A program made the translations under genes and the position numbers. The notes beneath the pieces were generated by a model. It saw only the letters and a program-made list of their open reading frames with translations, did not search any database and was not told where the DNA came from. A stretch of DNA of 20,000 nt from an uncultured virus (IMG/VR IMGVR_UViG_3300049846_002026) (lineage: Duplodnaviria; Heunggongvirae; Uroviricota; Caudoviricetes), in IMG/VR virus record IMGVR_UViG_3300049846_002026. One strand, 5' to 3'. Within the stretch, counting starts at the first letter, position 1. The number at the start of each line of letters is the position of its first letter. Below, piece after piece: positions 1 through 8,100 of this stretch.

Positions 1-400
1 TGGCAATCTCGGCTGCAGCCGCGGCTTTGGCCAGGTCGCAGGCGTTCAGGGCTTCCCGGCAGGCGTTCTGGACTGCCGGCAGCAGGGCCGCGGAGTCCTG
101 GGTAGTAAGGGGGATGGAGTCGGCTAGGACCAGGGCACTGTCGCGTTTTGCGACATAGAGGGTGTCCCGCTTGGCCCGTACCTTCCGGAGCGAGTCCGTC
201 AACTGCCTCAGCTTTGCGTTATCCGCCTCGTAGACGGCCTTTTCGGCCCTAGCCTGGTTCAGGGCCTCAACCGTGGCTAGAATCTCGTCCTGGGCCCCGC
301 TGAGGGCCGTCTTGCCCCCGTTAAAGGTCCAAACGGCCAGCAGGGTGGCCACAACCGCAGCCACCCAGCCCCAAGCCCACTTCGGTACGCCTGTGCGCAT
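1..400 (-). CDS. Putative i-spanin (Rz-like) membrane-anchored coiled-coil protein, 3'-truncated by the window edge (>133 aa); absent from the ORF track
   Basis: Manual translation from ATG 400 is open to the edge: MRTGVPKWAWGWVAAVVATLLAVWTFNGGKTALSGAQDEILATVEALNQARAEKAVYEADNAKLRQLTDSLRKVRAKRDTLYV...QNACREALNACDLAKAAAAAEIA. It has an AGGAG SD 7 nt upstream, one N-terminal TM segment, an Ala/Glu/Lys-rich helical region and two Cys, and lies directly after the holin candidate. The gene is well supported; the function is inferred. Confidence 0.6.
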   Translation of the reverse strand, partial: MRTGVPKWAWGWVAAVVATLLAVWTFNGGKTALSGAQDEILATVEALNQARAEKAVYEADNAKLRQLTDSLRKVRAKRDTLYVAKRDSALVLADSIPLTTQDSAALLPAVQNACREALNACDLAKAAAAAEIA

Positions 401-401
401 A

Positions 402-737
402 CTAGAACTCCTGGTCGTGGTCTGTTTCGCCTACCCTGTGGCCTGGCGCTAGCCGGCCTTCGATTCTGGCGACCCGTACACGAACTTCCGTTAGGGTGTC
501 GATCATGTGGGCAAGCGACTGCCTGAGCAGTCTAAGCTCTTCGTCGTTCTTCTCGGTGGCCTTCTTGAACATCCCCCAGGTCACCAGTCCGGTAGCCATC
601 ATGGCCAGCACGGTGCTGATTGCCACTTCGCTCAACGGAATGTTCATACTGGCCCCCTGTGTAGCAACGGCGCCGCCGGCCAGCATGGCCATGGCGCCTA
701 CGATAGTCGTGTCAGTCATGCGGCGAACCTCGGCCAT
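402..737 (-). CDS. Putative holin (2 hydrophobic segments plus charged coiled-coil C-terminus), 111 aa; alternative start at 719 gives 105 aa
   Basis: Start reassigned from 815 to ATG 737 (TAGGAG SD, 7-nt spacer). MAEVRRMTDTTIVGAMAMLAGGAVAT...VAISTVLAMMATGLVTWGMFKKATEKNDEELRLLRQSLAHMIDTLTEVRVRVARIEGRL. Lies downstream of the tail fibre genes and next to a spanin-like gene. Confidence 0.55.
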   Translation of the reverse strand: MAEVRRMTDTTIVGAMAMLAGGAVATQGASMNIPLSEVAISTVLAMMATGLVTWGMFKKATEKNDEELRLLRQSLAHMIDTLTEVRVRVARIEGRLAPGHRVGETDHDQEF

Positions 738-747
738 AGTAGGACTC

Positions 748-951
748 CTAGTCGGCGGTCTCTCCGCCCGTTTGCCCAAGTAAGTCGGTTCTAATCTTCG
801 CCTTACGCAAAACACCGGCTAGCTGCACCAGCTGTTCGGCGATCGCTGTCCAGTTGGTGCCTGGCGGCAGATCGTCAGGGTCAAGTGCAACGAGCTCATG
901 GAGTACTTGGCCGGCGCTTTCGAGGGCTACGATGCAGCGCTGGCAGGCCAT
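748..951 (-). CDS. Hypothetical 67-aa helical protein with N-terminal CxxC (MACQRC)
   Basis: ATG 951 lies 1 nt after the upstream TAG (TAG-T-ATG). Its own TAG overlaps the SD of the next gene, and it exactly fills the gap between neighbours. Start reassigned from 987. Confidence 0.65.
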   Translation of the reverse strand: MACQRCIVALESAGQVLHELVALDPDDLPPGTNWTAIAEQLVQLAGVLRKAKIRTDLLGQTGGETAD

Positions 952-952
952 A

Positions 953-1144
953 CTAGAAGTAGCGCTTGGTGGGCGGCTGTGGCCCATCCAAGTCCCCGGG
1001 CAGGTCCGGGCCGGGGGACGCGCTGGGGGTATCCGCCGGATCCTGCTTCGTGCACCGTACCCGGCAGAAGTACCAGGCGACGGCCGCGCCGAACGCGATC
1101 GACGTCACAATCAACAGCACGTGTGTGGCAACCATCTTGTCCAT
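953..1144 (-). CDS. Hypothetical 63-aa single-pass membrane protein with Pro/Asp-rich tail
   Basis: Strong SD (AGGAGG, 5-nt spacer). Hydrophobic segment VLLIVTSIAFGAAVAWYFC followed by RVRCTK and a Pro-rich tail. Confidence 0.75.
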   Translation of the reverse strand: MDKMVATHVLLIVTSIAFGAAVAWYFCRVRCTKQDPADTPSASPGPDLPGDLDGPQPPTKRYF

Positions 1145-1173
1145 CCTAGCCTCCTAGAAAGTGGAATTGCTGC

Positions 1174-1202
1174 AATCTAACTGGTTGTACGGAAAAGCGC
1201 AA
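1174..1202 (-). promoter_or_regulatory. Candidate sigma70-type promoter for the small-gene (lysis) cassette
   Basis: Minus strand TTGCGC (1202-1197), 17-nt spacer, TAGATT (1179-1174). It sits in the only sizeable intergenic gap, which is relatively AT-rich, about 30 nt upstream of ATG 1144. Confidence 0.55.
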
Positions 1203-1204
1203 GC

Positions 1205-1705
1205 TTAGGTCGGGAAAGCCCCGTCACCGATCGACTCCGTGTCCAGCAACACGTTACCTGAGCTGTAGAGCTTCACCGTCACACTGCCCGTAGCGCCAGC
1301 GCCTAGGCCGATGTTGTACTGCGCGGGCGACGCAGTGTACCCAGTCGACGGACCGAAGGGACCTGTGGTTGTGCCCGTGCCGCCACCACTGACGTTGCCT
1401 TCGATGGTAATGTACTCTCCACCTTGCGCACCACTGATCGCCCACACGATTTCGATGTACCCGCCGCCATCCCCGGGAGTGGAGCACGCACCGTAGGTCA
1501 TGGTCGTGAACGCAATCCCATGACTATAGCTGTACCACTCGCTCAAGGCGTGCGGGGTGGTGTTGTTGGGGTGCGTGCCGCCCGTATTGATCGTCCCATA
1601 GCTGCCGGCCACCGCGGACGCGAAGCTGAAGCTGGCATTCGACGCCCGCCCCAGCTCCGTGTTGATCGCGCTTACGGCAAGGGTTCCGGAACTTGTGATG
1701 GTCAT
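1205..1705 (-). CDS. Small tail-fibre-associated protein, putative fibre-tip adhesin (166 aa)
   Basis: ATGA overlap with the fibre stop codon. N-terminus MTITSSGTLAVSAINTELGR...PHALSEWYSYS resembles, from memory, small proteins that follow chaperone-bearing phage fibres. Gly-rich beta-type C-terminal domain. Confidence 0.65.
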   Translation of the reverse strand: MTITSSGTLAVSAINTELGRASNASFSFASAVAGSYGTINTGGTHPNNTTPHALSEWYSYSHGIAFTTMTYGACSTPGDGGGYIEIVWAISGAQGGEYITIEGNVSGGGTGTTTGPFGPSTGYTASPAQYNIGLGAGATGSVTVKLYSSGNVLLDTESIGDGAFPT

Positions 1706-2100
1706 TTGAGAGTCCCCCGCAGTGTGCTCAGCTCCTGCTCCAACGCGTCAATCCGCTCTTCGAGCTCGCGCACCTTGGTGTGAATGGTACCGATCAGACG
1801 GTACCCTTCCTGCTGGCCCGCCACCAGCAGCGGCACAACCTTCTCGTACTGCACCGTCAAGTAGTGCTCACCGCTGATCGATCGATCGTAGCCGTCGTTG
1901 TCGAACGGCGCCAGCTTGACAGCTTCTGGCAATACCGCCTGCACTTCCTGCGCGAAGAGCCCCACGTAGCGGGCTGTCGTGTTGAAGCCAGCGACCGCGG
2001 CTGCCCGCGCATTCCAGTTGTACGTCATGGCGGTCAAGCTCATGATTTTGGCCATGGCCTGCGTGATCGGCTCCACCGCAGTCTTCAGTCGCTGGTCTGA
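1702..2100 (-). other. Peptidase S74 / intramolecular chaperone autocleavage domain
   Basis: S-D-x-R-x-K Ser/Lys dyad motif (Ser codon 2100-2098, Lys codon 2085-2083), the G-x-x-A-Q-E motif and a coiled-coil end, as in K1F endosialidase and T5 pb1 type chaperones. Confidence 0.9.
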
Positions 2101-5100
2101 GCTGAAGGCCACAATGTCGTCGCTCGCGTCGATACGACCGTCAGTGGCATTTGGAGCCACATTCACACCCAAGGATGCCGAGTTGATCTGCAGGCCGTTC
2201 GCCACCCCGGTCATGAACGTGGTGCTGTTGCGCTGGAACGTCAGGTCGTTCGCAGCGGTGGTGCGAATCGTCATCGCCCCCGCCTGGGTCAGGATCGGGG
2301 TCGTCACACTCGTGCTGAACGAACCGGTCGTCGCTCCGCTCAGCGCACCAGTCATGCTCAGGTCTGTCACACTGCCCAGGGTGCCGGCGATCGTGCTGTT
2401 GCCGGTGATCGTGATACCACCGGTGCTCACGGTCAGGTTGCCCGACATCGTGTCCCCTTCACGCCGGAGCAGTGAACGGGTCGTGGTGCCGTCGTGGTAC
2501 GTGAACCGATCGGTGGTGGTGTTGTAGGTGAAATCGCCTTCCAACGACAGCGTTCCGTTGGTCGGCACCAGGTTGACCGTGTGGGCTTCGCGACCGTGCG
2601 TGCCTGGGGTCGCACTCTTCATCGACTGCCAGTTCGTGCCGTCGAAGAAGTAGGGAAGTGTGGTGGAAGGGGTACCACCGTCGATCATGATGATGTCGCC
2701 ACGAATGGCCAGGGAGGTCGACGGCAGCGCACCGAGCGGCTCCAAGGTCAGGTTCGGGGCGTAGCTCACCGCCGAGTTGTTGTGGAGGTTAGCGGTCGGC
2801 CATAGACGCAGGCTGCGGCGAGTGACCGTCACACCAGAGGTCGTTTTCTGGTAGCTGACGTGCACACCGGTGCCATAGGTGGTTGCACCAGTACCACTAG
2901 CCGTAAACGTGTTGGCGTACTCCGTTTCCGTGACAACCCGGATCCAGAGCGTGCTCGTAACACCCGTGATAGTAAAGGTGTCGGTGTACTCTGTCGTTCC
3001 GGTGTCGTAACCGACTTCACCAGCCGGAATGGTGATAGTCGAGGTCTTAACGACCAGGTCAGTCCAACCGGTGGTCGGCGGGGTGCCACTGTCCACACTG
3101 TACTGAACCTTAGTGCGGCCGTAAATCCGCATGCTGCCGGTGTTGCAAGTCACACCCGAAGCATCGCACCGGTGCTTGTAGCGAATGGTGTACTGATTAC
3201 CGTTGGCCGGAAGCGAACTGGCAGCTTCCAACCGATTGTTTCGAGCGGTGGCCGTAGTCGTACCAACGGTGAAGCTGGTGCGCTGGGCGGACGACGTGGC
3301 GTCGTCCCACGTACCCGCTGCGCCGTCACCACCGCTGTATACGGTGTCGTCCAGGTACGCGACCAGAGTTCCTCCCACGGTCGCCGTGTAGTTACCCCAC
3401 AAACCGTTGACCACACCACGGATCTGATACACGGATCCACTTGCCGGCGTACCGTTGGCCCAGCCGCCGACGATGGTGATCGCCGTAGCCGTGTTGGAAG
3501 CGATCTGATACCACTCAGCTCCACTACCGGTACCACTGACGATCTTGATTTCGCACGGCTGACTGTCACGCGCACCCGCCCACTGATTGAGCGCCCAGGC
3601 GGCACCACTGTCCGAGATCGTTCCTGGCGGGCCGGCCGTTGCGCTGGTTGCCGTTCCGTCGTAGGTCCGGTCGTAGATCTCTAGGTTGTCAGACTTCACC
3701 GCTACGCCACGTACGGCCAGGTCGCGGACCAGGGCGTCGGTGAGCGTGCCCGTAGACTGCATGAGCATCGACCGCGCTGCCGCAGGTACGTTGAGAATAG
3801 CCTGGTCGGATACCAGGGTTCCCGAACCCACGAACAGACCGGCCGACGCAGTGACCGCGGTACCCGTCAGTGCGCCCGCAAAGGTGGCCGAACCGTCCGT
3901 GTACACGCGCAGCGCCGAGCCGAGGTGCAGGTACTGCGAATCGCTTGCGCCACCGGTGGCGGCGAAATCCATGTAGTAGGCGGAAGTCGGGTTTCCCGTC
4001 CATCCGCTTGGAAGTGAATAGCCGCTGCTGAACCGGATACCCGTGCGGGTGGCCGAGTCAGACGAGTTGTTCTGGATGATGCCCGTGCCGGTAATGCGGC
4101 CCAGGTTCGCCGTGATGGCACTGAGGTTGGCCACCGCGATCTCACCTGCGATGATCGATCCGAAGGCTGCTGTTTCCGAGCTCCGGGACGCGGTAGCCGA
4201 GGTAGGTGTGGAAACCGTGTTTGCCGAGAACGATCCCGGAGTACCTGACGTGGCCCCCTGCGCAGCAACACGGTAGTAGTAGGTGGTACCGTTGACCAGG
4301 CGGGAGTGCACGAACTTACGACTCGTCGTGTAGACCGAGATTTCCTCGCCAGCGAAGGCTCCGGTAGTCGAGTACTGCACACGGTACCGATGTGTGGCTA
4401 CGTCAAACGTAGTCGTGGTCGACCAGTCAAGGGTGTTGCTTAGGTGGCCCGGCGTCAGTGTGACCGTGCCAGGTGCCGCCGGTGTTGTGCCGTTGCCGGC
4501 TCGTCCAGTTTCGTAGACGTACGAGTACGCTGTACTGTCCGCACCAAGTCCCACCACGGTGTCCGACGACGTGTAGCTGAGCTGGACGTTTACGCCCTTC
4601 CACTTGGAGTCGTTCGACAGATTGTATGCCATGAACATACCTGTCGACGGAGCCGTGGCCGAGTCAAACACGCCCAAGGAACCGATCGTTACATCGCCTG
4701 AGAAGTTGCCAAGTACGGAATACACATTGGACCAGCGCTGTGCCGATGCACCGCTGGTGGCAATGTTGTTGCTTACACTTCGCACAGCTGTGATTGTGCT
4801 GCCGAACAGGGCAGTGGCCGTGCTCAACCCGAAGTACCGATTCGCGTCGTCACCCACGATCATGTAGCCGTCGCTGGCACTGCGCCGGAGCGCAATGTCA
4901 CCCGCGTTACCCTGGGTGCTGCCGTTCAGACGAAGCGCGGTGTTGTACGCGATCGTCATCATTTCGGTCATGGTCACATCGGTGCCAGCCGTAACTGACT
5001 GGGCCGCTGCTCCATGCCAGTAGTGCTGGCTTCCAGAGATCGTGTAGGCGCCACGAGCCAGGCTGGTGGTGCTCACTCCGCTCACAAACTCCAGGCCGGT

Positions 5101-8100
5101 GCCTGATGTCTTCGGAGTCAGGGCATACGCCATGACCGGCCCGCCTGACGAGTAGGCCGTACCCCACATGGCAATGTCCCCGCTGCTATAGCGAGCACTC
5201 AGGACCACTCCGCCGCTGGTCGCGCTGGACGCTGTTCCAGCGTTGATGCGCTCATTCACGGTCAGAATGCCCGTGATGCTGGAATCACCAGTGATCGCCG
5301 CACCGCTCGCACTCACCGTCAGGCCACCGCTGGCGATGGTAACTGCACCGCCGAAACGTACCAAGCCGGCGTTGGTGTACAGCGCGTAGTTGGTCGCAGC
5401 GCCAGTGATACTGCTGATGTAGAGGCCGTGCGCCGTCGTGCCTGTAAAGCCACCGATGGTGAAGGCCGGGGTGACCATCAAGCCCGTGAGCACATCGTTG
5501 TTCGCCGCCGCAGTCAGTACAGTGGTGATATACTGCGCACGAGCCACACCGCCAGTGGCGGTCAGGGTGGCATTGAAGAGCACTCCAGCGGAACCTTCCG
5601 CCGAAAGTGGCGTGAACGTACCGCCAACACGCAGTGTACCTGCGTCGAGACGAACGCCGCCCCCAAGAGTGTAAATCGCGTAGTTGTTGGTCGTGCCGCC
5701 GCTGACCGCCGCCACAAGAATGCCGTAGTGGTTCGCACCGTTGGCACTGTAGGTCTGTGCCACGCGTAGGTTTGCGTAGGTTAGCCCCGTGAAGCCGCTA
5801 GCGTTCGTGTAAGTCGGTGCGATATCGACACCGTACAAAGTGTCGTTGTTGGCCAGGGGGTTGAGCGTGGACTCCACGCGCATACCGCGGGCTGTGCCGC
5901 TAGACGTGTTGTAGGAACCACGCACGAAAAGGCCCGCCACTGCGGCAAACGCGGCAGCGCCGGAGTTGATCTGCACCATACGACCGCCGCCGCCAAACGA
6001 CATAGTGCCGTTGGCCGCACGTGTGAACACAAGCGGGTCGTCAATGGCAGCACCAGCATCAGTACGCGCCAACAGCCGGAACGTAGAGCCGGCATCGCTG
6101 CCCGATTCCGCAGTATTGTCCGCACGAATGATCCAGCGCGAGCTACTGCCTGTTTGGAACTCGATGGTACGCAGCTGCCCAGCGGCACCACGGATTGCCA
6201 ACATCGACTGACCGGAACCCGAGCCTGTGCCAATGTTCACCTGCCCGGTCGTTGCACTTTGCGCTAGATTCGCTGTGCCGGTATTGGTGAAATCCACAAC
6301 GGAGCTCAGATTGCCTGCGATCGTACTGTTGCCCGTAACCGCAATACCGCCCGTGCTGACCGTGACGGCTCCCGCAAACGTAGCCGTTTGGGTCGCGCTG
6401 ATGGTCAGGGCGGTCGTACCGTTGGTCTGCAGTAGAATGGTGTTTGCACCAGTCGCCGCAAGCGTGAGTGTGCCCGCAGTTGCCGTCACACTCATGGCCG
6501 CAGTACCCGTGAGGTTTCCCAGCAGCGTCAAACCACCAGAACGCCCAAGGGTGAGCACGGTGTTCTGTGTCGTGTTCGCATCCGACACACTGCGAAGATC
6601 GAGCGAACCTGACACAATACGGAAAGACCATTCACGTGCGTCAACCGTACCAGAAGAATCACGAAGGTTCAATACTCGGGATGAACCAGTGGAGGCGTAC
6701 ACATTCGCTGCCACATTCGCTTGGAACGTGCCGTCCGTTAGGAACTGCCCGCCCAAGATACTGTTCATGGTGAACTGCACACCAAAGGCACCAGTCGCCA
6801 CCAACGACAGTACACCTGAGGTCGCGGTTAGCGCCATTGCGCCAGAACCGGTAATGTCACCAACCGAGGTCAGGCTGCCTGTGACATTAGCACTGCCATT
6901 GAAGTTCTGGCCCCACAGGGTACGTGTCGTGGTCAAGGTGGCCGCACTTCCGCTGATGCTGATGCCCCAGGTGCCGGTCGCGCCAGTTCCGGTCGTCGGT
7001 ACCATAGTACCGGCAACCAGCGTGGTGTCTCCATCCGCCAGAGTGACCGTACGGCTGGCGCTCAGCGTGGTCGGCGTCAGCGTTACTACGAAGCTGCCTG
7101 TACCACCTGCACGGCCCTGCAGGCGCACGGCGTCCTGCGTTGCCGCGGCAAGAGCAGTGACCGTGCCGGTTACCGACGCATTACCCGTCAGGGTCAGACC
7201 AGCGAAGGTCGGCGTCGCGCCGGTGTGAATGTTCTGCGGTAGACTGAGTGTCCAGGTGCGATCAGCGCTCAGGTCCTGCGCACCAGCCGAGCTCGTGATC
7301 TGGTTCGTCGTACCGTTGATTGTGATCGAGCGGGTCGTAGCCACCATCGTACCCGCAGTCAGAATCGTATTGGCGTCGGCCAGCGTCAGCGTACGATCAG
7401 CGGTAAGCGTCGTTGGGCTGATCGTGACGTCGTAGCTTAGAGTGCCGCCAGCACGTCCCGCGATAATCACACCGTCCTGTGTTGCAGCCGCGCGCACCGT
7501 GATGGTGTTGCCAGTCAGCGCCAGCGCACCGGTCATGGTGATATCCGTCACACTGCTCAAGGCACCGGTGACGTTCGCGCTACCGTTGAAGTTCTGACCC
7601 CAGATGGTTCTGGTGGTGGTCAGGGTGGCAGCACTGCCGGTGGTGTTCTGATTCAGGGTCGGGATATCCCCCGCAACAATCGCCCGCCAGCTGGGCGCAC
7701 CCGCACCAGACGTCGGTCCCGCAAAGAAGAAGTTCTGGGACGTGCTGCTCAGTCCAGTACCGCCATTGGCAATCGGGAGCAACCCAGTCACTGCACTCGC
7801 GTTGGCCAGGTCCAGGGCCCCAAACGCCGCCGCCGTCGCGCTAGTGGCTCGCAACACCTGCCCCGTAGTCAGCCCACTGTAGGTCAGATCCGTGTAGGCG
7901 TGCGTGTGCCCCACGGTCGAGTAGCTCGCCGTGTCCAGGGTCCAGGTGTTTGCCGCGGTCTTGCGTAGAAGGCCCGAGGTGCCGGCCAGGGCTGCGATCG
8001 CGCTAAGATCGGCGTCCAGGGTGAGCACCGACCCGCTCATGCTGAGACCGCTGCCTAGCGTGATGTCACCGGTCACACTCCCAAGACTAGTTACACCCGC

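Noticed and set aside
738..815. ORF-track start at 815 for the holin candidate (and 987 for the CxxC gene)
   Set aside because: Both would overlap upstream genes extensively. ATG 737 has a clear SD, and ATG 951 is coupled to the upstream stop.
402..955. TAG recoding or readthrough fusing the lysis-cassette genes
   Set aside because: The downstream genes are out of frame with each TAG, and the giant ORFs contain no in-frame TAG, so nothing supports an alternative genetic code.
953..1144. 63-aa Pro-rich protein as an o-spanin lipoprotein
   Set aside because: The residues before Cys (AWYFC) do not fit a canonical lipobox, and the gene lies upstream of, not within or after, the i-spanin candidate.
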